Shown here: piece by piece, positions 50,928-61,728 of the stretch
Numbering within the stretch: the stretch's first letter is position 1
Layout: every line of letters starts with the position of its first letter
Assembly (NCBI GenBank): GCA_963706325.1
Contig: CAVPLT010000001.1
Location: 224,001-288,000, forward strand
Direction: 5' to 3'
DNA: 64,000 nucleotides
From: an uncultured Nitrospiraceae bacterium
Lineage (GTDB): Bacteria; Nitrospirota; Nitrospiria; Nitrospirales; Nitrospiraceae
Position numbers and translations under genes: made by a program
Notes under the pieces: generated by a model
Database searches by the model: none
Told to the model about the DNA's origin: nothing
Seen by the model: the letters and a program-made list of their open reading frames with translations, nothing else

Positions 50928-53541
50928 GCCCGATGACTTTGCGGAGACGCCCCTCGATTGACCGGTTCAAGCTTAGCGGCAATCTTATCGACGACATAGG
51001 CTTCGATAATGTCTCCTGACTTGAGATCATTAAAATTTTCGACCGTGATGCCGCACTCATACCCCTGCTGCACTTCTCGCACGTCGTCCTTGAACCGCCG
51101 GAGCGACCCGAGCTTGCCTTCGTACGCCACCACGCTATCCCGAATGACCCGCACCCCGACACTCGACCTGGAGATAATCCCGTCCACCACGTAACAACCC
51201 GCCACCAGGCCAGCCTTAGGAATCGTAAACATCTGCCGGACTTCCGCTCGGCCAAGGATGCGCTCCTTGAGCATCGGCTCAAGCAAGCCCTCCATAGCGG
51301 CGCGGATATCGTTCAGCGCATCGTAGATGATGCTGTAGAGGCGCACATCGACGCCTTCACGCTCAGCCAGCGCAGCCGCCTTCGGCTCGGGACGAATATT
51401 GAATCCGATCACGATCGCCTTGGAAGCCGCTGCCAATAGAATGTCTGTTTCGGTAATACCTCCGACCCCACTATGCATGACCCGCAATTTTACGGCTCCG
51501 ACCGGCATCTTTTCCACGGCAGAAGCCAAGGCTTCAGCCGAACCCTGCACATCGGCCTTGATGACGATGGGCAACTCTTTGACATTGCCCTCCTGAATTT
51601 TGGCAAACAAATCGTCCAAACTGATTTTTGCCGACCCGGCTAGGTCTGCCGCACGCTGCTTCATGGCGCGCTCTTGGGCGATCTCGCGAGCGACACGTTC
51701 ATCCTTCACAATGGTGAATAGATCGCCGGCACCCGGCACACCAGGCAATCCGATAACCTCGACCGGAACGGATGGCCCAGCCTCGGAGGTTTTACTTCCC
51801 GTGTCGTGACCAACGCCCGAACCCGCCCGCTGAAAGTTCCGACGACAAAGGCATCGCCGACCTGCAGGGTTCCACTCTGCACCAGAACCGAGGCAACCGG
51901 ACCACGCCCTCGGTCGAGTTTCGCTTCGATGACCAGCCCCTTGGCCATGCGTGTGGGATCGGCCTTCAGCTCCAGCACTTCGGCCTGCAAGAGCACCATC
52001 TCCAGGAGTTGCTCGAGTCCAGTCCGTTGCTTGGCGGATACTTCCACCATGATGGTGTCGCCACCCCAGGGTTCAGGAATCAACCCATGCTCAGTCAACG
52101 CATTCTTCACACGATCAACGTTGGATCCAGGCTTATCGACCTTATTGATCGCCACGATGAGCGGTACGCCAGCGGCCTTGGCATGATGGATGGCCTCAAC
52201 TGTTTGCGGCATCACGCCGTCGTCGGCAGCGACGACCAGGATGACGATATCCGTCGCTCTCGCACCTCGCGCGCGCATAGCTGTAAAAGCTTCGTGACCT
52301 GGCGTGTCGAGAAAGGTCACCTGCTTGCCGCGAACGCCCACGATATAGGCGCCGATATGCTGCGTGATTCCACCCGCCTCGCCCTCCGCCACCTTGGTTT
52401 CACGGATGGCATCGAGCAAAGAGGTTTTCCCGTGATCGACATGCCCCATGATCGTCACGACCGGAGGCCGCAACACGGCATGCTCTTCTCCCGTTGATTG
52501 CGCGGCCTCTTCCAGCAGTTCCTCGCCGACCTTTTCGGTCGATACCTCCACCCTGGCGCCATATTCTTCAGCAATAAGGAGGCAGCCTCAAGGTTGATCG
52601 ACTGATTGAAGGTCACCATCTGACCCATCTCCATCAGCTTCCTGACAATGTCTGCAGGCCGTTGACCGATGAGTTCGGCAAATTCTTTGACGCTGACTCC
52701 AGCGCTCAGTTTCACGCTTTTCTTTCTCGGCTTGGTAACTTCCGTTGGCGCAGGCATGGTGGATATGCTTGGACCGATCTTCACGACGCTGAACCGGAAT
52801 CGCCCGCAGATCTCCCCATCGGGTGGCATCATTCTTGAATTTTACTTCTTCTTCTTCGCGCGTCCGTGGCGCCTTCTTGGCCTTTTTCAGCTTGTCGCGG
52901 GCAGCCGCTTCGCTTTCCAGCGCTTCCATGGCCACGCTCTTTTTCTTTCGACCGGAGCCAAGCGCATCGAGGCTGGAGACGTGGCCACTGACGGTAGATT
53001 GCCCGGATCGGGCCGCTGATTCCGCCAAATCGCCGCAACAGAGGGCTGCGGTATGCGCCCTCGGAAGGGGCAGCCTCCGATTGATACCGTCGACATCGCT
53101 TCTCCTCTGAGGGACGGCGGCGCAAGGAGGGTCGCGTCCGCTGCCCGCGCATAGGTGGAGGGCCCATGGTAATCGCGGCCTCTGCCGCCGCGGCCAGGCG
53201 CGCACTCTCTTCCGCACCCTCTTCCTTTTTCTTCTTAATGAGAATTCGCTTCTTGTCTGGCTTAGCGAGTCTCCTCATGAGCTGCATGCGCCCTTTCGGA
53301 GGTGTGCGGTCCCGGAATCTTTCGGTGAACGAGACTTTTCCTTTCTTGACATGGTGCCCAGGCTTCCGGACGGCTTCACTGTGACCGCGCTTTCGGATTC
53401 ACGTTTCTCCAGCACGATGTCGAACGGAATCTTCATCCAGTGCGCTGCTGTGAGACGCCACGGAATCCCGAGTCGTTTCAGTTCAGGAATTAGTTCCCGA
53501 TTTTCCATTCCGAGCTTCTTTGCTAATTCGTACACCCGCAT
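50924..53541 (-). CDS. infB: Translation initiation factor IF-2, broken by several frameshifts
   Basis: MRVYELAK N-terminus, [31 protein letters not shown] spread over six ORFs. Confidence 0.92.
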
Positions 53542-53608
53542 ACAGTACCGCTAGCTCCACTCGCTTAGATAATTGCCATTCAGCCCATGACATGAACACT
53601 GAGCCGCC

Positions 53609-54749
53609 TTAATCTGCTTGCTGCGCCTCTGCCCGCGCTTCGTCCTGCTGACGCTGTGCCTCGGTCTCTTCCGCCAGGGCCGCCTTAATATCCCGATCTC
53701 GTTCAGCCTTTTCCTTCTCGTACTCGGTCGCACTGATAATATCAATTTTCCATCCGGTCAACCGTGCGGCCAGCCGCACATTCTGACCATTTTTTCCGAT
53801 CGCCAGGGACAATTGCGAATCCGCTACCACGACTAGACGCGGATTTCTTTTCCTCGTCGATCCCTACCTTCTCGATCGTGGCAGGATTCAAGGCTTCCGC
53901 GATAAAAACGCGCGGATCTTGCGTCCAGGTGATGATATCGATCTTTTCACCGCGTAATTCTCTCACCACGGCCTGCACCCGTGATCCCTTGATGCCGACA
54001 CAAGCCCCCACGGGATCCACAGCCTTGTCACGCGAAGATACAGCAATCTTCGTGCGATCCCCCGGCTCACGCACGATCGACTTGATTTCGACGATCTTTT
54101 CTCCGACTTCCGGGACCTCAAGCTCAAACATCTTGGCCACGAACTGAGGATGGCTGCGCGAAAGAATGACCTGCACATCCTTCGGGGTGCGACGCACCTC
54201 CAAGAGCAAAGCCTTCACACGATCACCACGGCGATAGGTCTCACGAGGAATTTGCTCTTGAATGGGCAGAATCGCCTCGGTCTTGCCGAGATCCACCAAG
54301 AAGTTTCGCCGCTCCATACCGAGTATGATGCCATTGACCAGGTCACCTTGCCTCGTCGAATACTCCTTTTGAACCGCTTCCCATTCAGCCTCTCGCACTT
54401 TCTGAAAAATGACCTGCTTGGCCGTTTGGGCAGCGATACGACCCAATTCGTCCATCTCGATTAGGGAGCCGATCTCATCGCCGACCTCGGCCCCATCGTC
54501 GAACAGGCGAGCTTCCTTCAGAGAAATCTCGGCTTTTGGATTGGCCACCGTATCCACAATGATCTTCTTGGAGACAACTGAAATCTCACCGGTTTTTCCA
54601 TCAATTTCAACTTGAATGTTTTCGGCTTGGCCGAATCGTTTCTTTGCAGCCGTTTGAAGCGCCGACTCGATCGCGCCAATGACCCGGGCCTTATCGATCC
54701 CTTTTTGACGACCGATTTCATCAATGACTGCGATCAACTCTCGATTCAT
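53609..54749 (-). CDS. nusA: Transcription factor NusA, frameshift near 53837
   Basis: [39 protein letters not shown] in the next frame. Confidence 0.93.
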
Positions 54750-54792
54750 AGCGTACACCTCATGATTAACACCACCCCGGCATTGCCTGCTG

Positions 54793-55311
54793 CTAAGAAA
54801 ACTCCACCTTCCGACGGGCCAAGGCGATCTGATCAAACTCAATTCTAATGGATTCAGTAGTTTTTTTTTGCTGAACTGCGAGTGTCACGGCACAGTCTTC
54901 AACTTCTACGACTGTTCCGATAAGCCTCCATTGCTCCTGAATCGGCTGACGTAGCTTGAGATTAACGGAATGCCCGGTGAGGCGTCGATAGTCTTGCGGG
55001 CACCGCAACGGACGGTCCACCCCAGGAGACGATACTTCCAGCGTATAGGCATGAGGGAAGGGATCAATCACATCAAGCGCCGGACTCAGCGAGCGGTGCG
55101 CCTGTTCACAATCTGTCAGTGTGACCCCTCCCGGCTTGTCGATAAAAACGCGGATAATAGTCCGCGGGCCTTGGCCCACACAGACCGCCTCGACCAACTC
55201 CAATCCATGGGACTCTAAAATAGGAGCCGCAAGCTCTTGCACACGCAGGTTCAGCGCCTCAGCACGTCTCACCGAGGGCTTACCTGCAGACACTACTTCG
55301 GTTTCACTCAT
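54793..55311 (-). CDS. rimP: Ribosome maturation factor RimP
   Basis: RVFIDK.GG...DC, YTLEVSSPG.DRPL. Confidence 0.94.
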   Translation of the reverse strand: MSETEVVSAGKPSVRRAEALNLRVQELAAPILESHGLELVEAVCVGQGPRTIIRVFIDKPGGVTLTDCEQAHRSLSPALDVIDPFPHAYTLEVSSPGVDRPLRCPQDYRRLTGHSVNLKLRQPIQEQWRLIGTVVEVEDCAVTLAVQQKKTTESIRIEFDQIALARRKVEFS

Positions 55312-55331
55312 AGACAAAAAGAAGCTCAAAC

Positions 55332-55355
55332 AAAAAAGTGGGCCTGGGCCCACTT
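55332..55355 (-). promoter_or_regulatory. rimP leader (terminator-like hairpin)
   Basis: AAGTGGGC-CCAG-GCCCACTT followed by a U tract, just upstream of rimP; matches the known GGGc..gCCC rimP leader. Confidence 0.75.
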
Positions 55356-55402
55356 ACAGCGCGGGAACCATACCATGCCATAATGGTGAAAGCAAGGGAC
55401 CG

Positions 55403-56242
55403 CTACGCGATCAATGCGCTCCACCGGGCAGATAAGAGTCGTGACATAGGGCCGGGCCTACCGTCTCCGATCGCTCGTCCATCGACTTCTACCACCGACA
55501 ACACTTCCACGGTCGTCCCAGTCAAAAAGACCTCGGACGCCGTGAGCAAATCTTCCCGACTGACAAAATCTTCGGAAACAGGAAGCCCTTCGTTCCTCGC
55601 CAACTCCAAGACAATCGCACGTGTCACGCCAGACAGAATTTTATTTCCCTCCGGAGCGGTCTGGAGGGCTCCGTTCCGCACCACCACAACATTGCTCACA
55701 GACCCTTCTGTCACCATGCCTCCTCGAATCAAGATCGCCTCGAATGCTCCGGCCTCCTTGGCCCGCTGACGCGCAAGGACATTCGCCAACAGGTTCACAC
55801 TTTTAATGTCGCAGCGTCCCCAACGAATGTCTTCGATCGTCACGGCCTTTACCCCGGCGTCACGGACGGACGCCTCAAGGGGACGAAGCTCGCGAAAGGT
55901 CAGGATCGTGGTCGGCGCGAGATCAAGGGGAAAGGGATGATCGCGTGGAGCTTGCCCCCGGGTAATCTGCAGATAAATTTTGGTTTCTGGAAACCGGCTC
56001 AGCCGGAGACCTTCATCAATCAGCGAGGTCCACTGCGCAGGCTCATGACCAAGAGGAAGCTGTAAGGCCTGCGCGCTCCGCTCAAGACGGGTCAGGTGCG
56101 CTTTGATCGAAAATGGCTGCCCGCGATAGGTGCGAATGACTTCATACACACCGTCACCGAACTGAAATCCACGATCCTCGACATTGATAACCGCGTCAGA
56201 CAGCGAACCAAAGCGGCCGTTTACACAAGCAATGTCAGGCAT
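55403..56242 (-). CDS. Class IV PLP aminotransferase (D-amino-acid transaminase-like)
   Basis: DRGFQFGDGVYE, DIKSVNLL, EGSVSN, LSGVTR. Confidence 0.88.
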   Translation of the reverse strand: MPDIACVNGRFGSLSDAVINVEDRGFQFGDGVYEVIRTYRGQPFSIKAHLTRLERSAQALQLPLGHEPAQWTSLIDEGLRLSRFPETKIYLQITRGQAPRDHPFPLDLAPTTILTFRELRPLEASVRDAGVKAVTIEDIRWGRCDIKSVNLLANVLARQRAKEAGAFEAILIRGGMVTEGSVSNVVVVRNGALQTAPEGNKILSGVTRAIVLELARNEGLPVSEDFVSREDLLTASEVFLTGTTVEVLSVVEVDGRAIGDGRPGPMSRLLSARWSALIA

Positions 56243-56270
56243 GACGTCGCGCTCACCGCCTCTATTTTGG

Positions 56271-56618
56271 TCAGGACACGGTCACGTAATAAATCTGCCG
56301 GTCCTCGGCCGTAAATTTCCAGCCCATCCGCTTCTCAAACACCAGTCGGTGAGTCCCGATTGCCGCTGGCTTAAACTCAAACATTCGCTGACCGTTGTCG
56401 ACGGCGTTGTTGCTGGCGATGCGAAGAAAATCGTCCTCGACCAGAGGCATGACAGTGGCATCATAGTTCGGCACCCATTGCTCCCCTCGCGTCCGATCTT
56501 CCCACAGGCGAATGTGAACAAAATCTCCCATTCGCGCCGTGAGCATTTTAGCTCCCGGCTCTCGCTCCGCTCCCGTCGGCATGGCTTTACTTAATGGACT
56601 CATCTCAGCCTCTTCCAA
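56271..56618 (-). CDS. Small protein, possible chagasin/I42-like Ig fold
   Basis: GDFVHIRL...G-x-x-W...G...FEFK...G...L-x-F pattern. Confidence 0.5.
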   Translation of the reverse strand: MEEAEMSPLSKAMPTGAEREPGAKMLTARMGDFVHIRLWEDRTRGEQWVPNYDATVMPLVEDDFLRIASNNAVDNGQRMFEFKPAAIGTHRLVFEKRMGWKFTAEDRQIYYVTVS

Positions 56619-56639
56619 TCCGCATCAATTGTCCATTGA

Positions 56640-56957
56640 TTAAACCTTGCGCCGCCCTCCGACAAAGACCTGGCCTTCGTCGACACGCACATCATAGCTG
56701 CCGACGCAATAGCCACCCCCATCTGTGCCTTGGCCATTTCGAACATCGAATGCCAAGTCATGCCAGGGACAGGAGACGACGTGCCCCTTCACGCGGCCCT
56801 TGTTCAAAGGACCGCCTTCGTGAGGACAAGCATTGTAGATGGCGTGGAAGTGCCCCTCAATATTAAACACCGCGATGGCGCGCTCATTGACTTTTACAAC
56901 CTTGACTTGGCCGGGGGGAATATCCTCGACTTTGGCCACACACTGAAACCCTTCCAT
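56640..56957 (-). CDS. Rieske [2Fe-2S] ferredoxin
   Basis: CPH...CPWH. Confidence 0.92.
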   Translation of the reverse strand: MEGFQCVAKVEDIPPGQVKVVKVNERAIAVFNIEGHFHAIYNACPHEGGPLNKGRVKGHVVSCPWHDLAFDVRNGQGTDGGGYCVGSYDVRVDEGQVFVGGRRKV

Positions 56958-56975
56958 TGAATAACTCCGATTTTC

Positions 56976-57479
56976 TTACATGCGCAGCGTAAATTTGAGC
57001 TCCATTCCCACCGCAATGCTTTCTCGCCTCACATAGCCCGCCTCGGTCTCGATCAAGTAACGAACAGGCTCCGTCGGCGGCCCGTACAGCGGGCAGGGAT
57101 CCTGAGCACAGGAAGGCACCTGCTCCAAGATATGTATCACGTGGCGGCTCTCATCGATCCACAACATATCAACCGGAAAGCGGAACTGCCTAGTCCGAAC
57201 CCTATGCAATCCTGTCGACTCAAAGATATAAAGCATCCCCGTGTCAGGTGGCAATCCTTCGCGGAACGCGAGACCGAACAGCAGCTTCTCGGGCGTGCTG
57301 GCCACCTCGGTTTCCATAGTCTTACCATTCGGAAATTGAACGATGATATCCTCGGACTCCTTCGGACCTCCGAGAAACAGGCTCACACTGATCAGCAAAA
57401 TCACCAAGAGAACGAACGTGACGATTTTCTTGCGTCGCTGGTCTGATTCAGCTCCGCTTGCTCTCTTCACCATACGCAA
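56976..57479 (-). CDS. DUF192-family membrane-anchored protein
   Basis: N-terminal TM helix; EVASTP...GL...GMLY-x-F. Confidence 0.82.
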   Translation of the reverse strand: MRMVKRASGAESDQRRKKIVTFVLLVILLISVSLFLGGPKESEDIIVQFPNGKTMETEVASTPEKLLFGLAFREGLPPDTGMLYIFESTGLHRVRTRQFRFPVDMLWIDESRHVIHILEQVPSCAQDPCPLYGPPTEPVRYLIETEAGYVRRESIAVGMELKFTLRM

Positions 57480-57715
57480 ACGCGATCGGACATTGATACA
57501 TCCTCAATTGATCGATCATGCGCAGAGCCGCATGTATATTGGGCCCAAAGCCCCATGACTTTCAGAGCGCTAGGCCTTCTTCCCAGGCTGACTCTGTTGA
57601 CTTGCCGAAGAATCGCAGCTTAGAATGCGATCCTGTTTCGTCACGAACTATGGTCGTGGCGGTACGAAATTGTCAACATCTTATCCGTCATTTAGGAATT
57701 GAGGAGGCACAGGCC

Positions 57716-58063
57716 ATGGCGCTTCTGATCACCGACGAATGTATTTCCTGCGGGGCATGCCTGCCAGAATGTCCCAATGAGGCGATCTTCGAAACACGAG
57801 GCGACGCCGAAGGCAAAGGCAACCATGTGGGCGACGGTCAAGGAGAGGGCGACAATATCTATGTCATTACCCATGATCGTTGCACTGAATGCGTTGGCCA
57901 CTTTGACGAGCCGCAATGTGCGGCGGTGTGCCCAGTGGACAATTGCTGCATCTCAGACCCCGCCTACCCGGAAACGACTGACGTATTGCTTGAAAAGGCC
58001 AAGACGTTGAACCCGGACAAAGAAATTGATCCGGCTAAGATCTGGAGCGGTGTCCGCAATTAA
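57716..58063 (+). CDS. YfhL-type 2[4Fe-4S] ferredoxin
   Basis: CISCGACLPECP and CTECVGHFDEPQCAAVCP; GAGGAGG RBS. Confidence 0.92.
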   Translation: MALLITDECISCGACLPECPNEAIFETRGDAEGKGNHVGDGQGEGDNIYVITHDRCTECVGHFDEPQCAAVCPVDNCCISDPAYPETTDVLLEKAKTLNPDKEIDPAKIWSGVRN

Positions 58064-58099
58064 TTAGATCCCCACAATACCCATATGCGCAATGCATCG

Positions 58100-58129
58100 C
58101 GAAGGCTCCTAGGGGAGCCTTCGTTGTTT
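58100..58129 (+). terminator. Intrinsic terminator after the ferredoxin
   Basis: CGAAGGCTCC-TAGG-GGAGCCTTCG-TTGTTT. Confidence 0.75.
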
Positions 58130-58305
58130 CGGCGCGTACTCTCGATGGATCTGCAGGAACCCTGCGAAAACAATCACCTGCCTAGCTTTCGCCGGTGGGC
58201 CGCGGTACACTTTAAGAGAAATGGTGCGCACAGCAGGGACGCGGCCACCTTCCCATCATGCGGCCTTGCTCCAGCCTATCTCTCATCCATTGCCTGGAGG
58301 TGCCC

Positions 58306-58641
58306 ATGTTGCGCTTTGCTCCTCTCATTCTGCTTGGCTCTCTTGTCGGTGCTTGCTTTCCAACTCAGATCATCGCCGGCACTGACGATGTCGGTGCGAT
58401 CATTGAGAGCTTTGTCACGACGCAGTTTCCAGATGCGGCCAGTCACTTTTGGGTCGTGAACGAGACGCAATGGGACGGGGATGAGATGGTTGTGGATGTG
58501 GCTGCAATCGTCACCGATCGTCAGCGGACTCAACCTACTGCCAGCCGGTTCCTGCTTTTAATCGTAGCGGGAAACCTCAAAGGATCACAAAGCATCCCGT
58601 TGGACGAGTCCGCAGAATGTAAGCCCGAACAGCAGGTCTGA
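58306..58641 (+). CDS. Exported hypothetical protein or lipoprotein
   Basis: GGAGG RBS; hydrophobic N-terminus with VGAC. Confidence 0.65.
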   Translation: MLRFAPLILLGSLVGACFPTQIIAGTDDVGAIIESFVTTQFPDAASHFWVVNETQWDGDEMVVDVAAIVTDRQRTQPTASRFLLLIVAGNLKGSQSIPLDESAECKPEQQV

Positions 58642-58680
58642 AGCGCAGCAGCCGACGAAATAGTTCCCCGTTCAATACGA

Positions 58681-58716
58681 CAACGCCCCGCCTGCATTGC
58701 TGCAGACGGGGCGTTG
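58681..58716. terminator. Hairpin between convergent genes
   Basis: CAACGCCCCG...CGGGGCGTTG. Confidence 0.6.
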
Positions 58717-58741
58717 CATTGTGCGAACGTATAGCGTTGGA

Positions 58742-59221
58742 TTATTTAAGCATCAAAATTTTGCCGCCGACGTGAGCCGGATGCAAATGACAGCGGTACA
58801 CCAAGGTATTGCCTTGCGTGGCATAGAACATATCGCTTGTCGGAACGCCGATGTATTTGGTCTCTCCTGGCTTCAGTACCACTTCGGCTTTCATCACAAA
58901 TGGTGATCCCTCGTTGGTCAAATCAGTCATCTGGAATCCATGCTCGGCCGTGGAACTATTGGTCACTTTCAGCACGACCGGACGGCCCGGCCGAACCTTA
59001 AAATCGATAATGGTGATTGGCGGATACCAGGCCTTCAAGTTGCCGATTTCCACGGCAAACAATTCGCCATCGACAATCAACTCCTTGAACGGCTGACCGA
59101 CGACCGATCCGGTGTCCAAATCACCGATCTCGACACCGCCGGCTTGCAGCGCATACGCGCCTGACGCCCCGGCCACCAACATGATCAGGCCCAAACACAC
59201 TGCTACCATCGTCTTACCCAT
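58742..59221 (-). CDS. Exported cupredoxin-fold protein (nitrosocyanin-like)
   Basis: Signal peptide; VTN...EHGF; LKPGETK; YRCHLHPAH; candidate promoter TTGCTT-18-TATAAG at 59398-59369. Confidence 0.78.
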   Translation of the reverse strand: MGKTMVAVCLGLIMLVAGASGAYALQAGGVEIGDLDTGSVVGQPFKELIVDGELFAVEIGNLKAWYPPITIIDFKVRPGRPVVLKVTNSSTAEHGFQMTDLTNEGSPFVMKAEVVLKPGETKYIGVPTSDMFYATQGNTLVYRCHLHPAHVGGKILMLK

Positions 59222-59495
59222 GACCTACCTCCTTAAAGAGATTAAGAAGAGATGCAATTAGGTTGGTGAATTATGACCACCGCGCTCAGTAACCTCTGCC
59301 GGACACCCTGCACGGAGCACAGCTCCACGAATCAAAAATGTCCTAAATAATAGGCTAACGAGGGACACCTTATAGCATACGGATTAAAAAGGAAGCAAGA
59401 AAGTTCTTAGGTATCGATCGCATAGGTTCTTCTAAGTGGAGGGCAGGTAAAAATTCGAGCGAAAGACGTTCGTCTTTCTTTTTAATTTCAATAAA

Positions 59496-61112
59496 TTAGG
59501 GCAATGTTTTCTCTTCTGGGGACATCTCAATTGCATGCGATCCGATCAGCAAATCATAGGGCGTGTAGTCGTCCGTCAATGTCAAACCGGGTGACCAGGG
59601 CTTCGTTCGCCGAGTTGCGAGCAAAGTTATGGCTTCCGGTGGTAACCGTCGCGCTTCGACCTGCGAGTGAATACGCGAAACCATCTTGTCATACGACAGG
59701 CTATCGATTGGACCTCCGCCAAAAAAGATCAAATTCTCGGCTGTCGTTTGATGAGCCCTCCATGGCCCCTTCACGCCAAATGCCTCGATAGTAGGAAATG
59801 CGGTTTTGAGTGTCTGCACGACGGCGCTCGCCCGCTGAAGATCTCCGCCTTCTCCCGACGATGCGAGATTGAGCGCCACGACGCCGTTGGGATTCAGCCG
59901 AGCCCGGAGCTCCGAAAAGAATTCCACCGTCGTCAGATGGAATGGGATGAGATGCCGAGCAAACGCGTCCACCCAAATCACGTCATACGTCGCGTGCGTG
60001 TCTCGCAAGAATACGCGGGCATCTTTGACGAACACATGATGGTTGGCAGGAGGTCGATACTCGAAGTATTGTTCGGCCATCCGCACGACGGCAGGGTCGA
60101 ACTCCACAACGTCCAGTTCCAACTCTGGCCAGACAAGAGCCAACCACTTGGCGAGTGACCCACCCCCATGCCCCAAAATGAGTCCTCGCTTGGGTTCTGG
60201 CGCCAAGGCCACAGCCGCCACCATGAGCTGGCTGTAGGGAAGAAAGAGCGTTGCGGGATCGGAGCGCCACATGACCGCGTGCCATGTTCGGTCAAGAACC
60301 AGATAGCGAAACAGGTCGTCATCGCGGACACGCACTTGCTGGTACGGACTATCCTCCTGATGCACGAGCCCGGACACGGGCGGAGCCTGACCGATCAACT
60401 GCCACGCCAGAACGAGCAAGCCGGCCAGGAGCAGGCCCGCCAGCTTAGTCAATCTTGCGCTTCCTCGCTGCAACCACAATAGGCCAAGCAGAACCTGGAT
60501 CACGCCCAAGGACGCGACAAGCGTCTGAGTTCCCAACCATGAGAGAAGAAAAAACGCCGTCCCCCAGGTCCCCATCAGACTTCCAACCGTGGAAAGAGCA
60601 ATCATGCTACCGGTGTGTCGGCCGAGATACCCCATATCGACCACGGCCAGCCGAAGCAACGCAGGCATGACACCGCTCAATCCGAATGCGGGAGGAGCCA
60701 ACAACACACATGCCGCCAGGCTAGGCCCCCACCGCGGATCCTGAACGGCTTTGGCAACCTGGAAGAGTGCCGGTTGGGCCGTCCAGGACATCAGTAACGT
60801 CCAGGCACCCGACCCAAGGAGGAGCCACGCCAACACCGCCGCAACGCGATACCGATCCGAAGCCCAGCCTCCGAACGCATACCCCGAACTCATGGCGGCC
60901 AGGATGACGCCGATCAACGCACCCCAGACAAATAACGAGTTTCCGAAGACCGGCGCAAGCAAACGGCTCCCCAAGATTTCAAGCGCCATGACAATCGCGC
61001 CGGTCACGAGCGCTGTCATGAGCAAGAAGAGACGTGAGGTGGAATGTTGAACGGGATCTTGTCCCATCATCGAGGGAAAACCGCCGGGAACACTGGGGCG
61101 AAGCGGCAGCAC
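59496..61112 (-). CDS. Fused membrane domain / spermidine-synthase-like SAM-dependent transferase
   Basis: LEILGSRLLAP, STVGS, LGHGGG, VEFDP, VDAF, LTDD. Confidence 0.85.
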   Translation of the reverse strand: MLPLRPSVPGGFPSMMGQDPVQHSTSRLFLLMTALVTGAIVMALEILGSRLLAPVFGNSLFVWGALIGVILAAMSSGYAFGGWASDRYRVAAVLAWLLLGSGAWTLLMSWTAQPALFQVAKAVQDPRWGPSLAACVLLAPPAFGLSGVMPALLRLAVVDMGYLGRHTGSMIALSTVGSLMGTWGTAFFLLSWLGTQTLVASLGVIQVLLGLLWLQRGSARLTKLAGLLLAGLLVLAWQLIGQAPPVSGLVHQEDSPYQQVRVRDDDLFRYLVLDRTWHAVMWRSDPATLFLPYSQLMVAAVALAPEPKRGLILGHGGGSLAKWLALVWPELELDVVEFDPAVVRMAEQYFEYRPPANHHVFVKDARVFLRDTHATYDVIWVDAFARHLIPFHLTTVEFFSELRARLNPNGVVALNLASSGEGGDLQRASAVVQTLKTAFPTIEAFGVKGPWRAHQTTAENLIFFGGGPIDSLSYDKMVSRIHSQVEARRLPPEAITLLATRRTKPWSPGLTLTDDYTPYDLLIGSHAIEMSPEEKTLP

Positions 61113-61133
61113 TCAAGGCAACCCTGCATCATG

Positions 61134-61544
61134 TTATAACGTGCCCCAATTCTTAAAATATCGAAGCAGATCTCGCACGGAAATCATTCCCACTATGCGG
61201 CCTTCTTCGGTCACAACGAGGTGCCTAATTCCTCGCTCAGCCATTACGTCGCTCGCTTCATGCGCCGACTGGGCGATATCAATCGTCATCACCGGCGCGC
61301 TCATCACCGCCCTGGCAGTAACCTGCTCAGCGACGGCGCCACTAGCCATCGCTTTCCGAACGAGGTCCGCCTCACTGACGATTCCCACATAGTCACCTTG
61401 CTCAATAACAAGCAGCGCTCCGACTCGCGCATCTCGTAGCTGCCGCGCTACCGCTAACAAGCTGTCATCCGGATGCACCGTCCGCGTGATGGGACGCATC
61501 ATCATCGCCAAGGGGCGCTGGATGGGCCCGCCAGAAATTGCCAT
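61134..61544 (-). CDS. Tandem CBS-domain protein
   Basis: GIVSEADL and IRHL...GMISVRDL. Confidence 0.88.
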   Translation of the reverse strand: MAISGGPIQRPLAMMMRPITRTVHPDDSLLAVARQLRDARVGALLVIEQGDYVGIVSEADLVRKAMASGAVAEQVTARAVMSAPVMTIDIAQSAHEASDVMAERGIRHLVVTEEGRIVGMISVRDLLRYFKNWGTL

Positions 61545-61728
61545 TCGCCATCCTCTCCTGCGAAGAGGCCAGAATTCTACTGAAGTGGGCCGCAATCTGC
61601 AATTCTCCCCGCGTCCGAATGAAACGCGCGATTTGATTGCTCGCGCTCGCCCGCGTTGTTATACTCACGACGCTGCACACACACTCACACGAACTTCCCT
61701 CAGCTTTTTTTCAGGAGGAGACGCGTCC

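Noticed and set aside
50924..53541. Programmed frameshifting or true pseudogenisation of infB
   Set aside because: Too many breaks in an essential gene and no slippery motifs seen; artefact is the simpler explanation.
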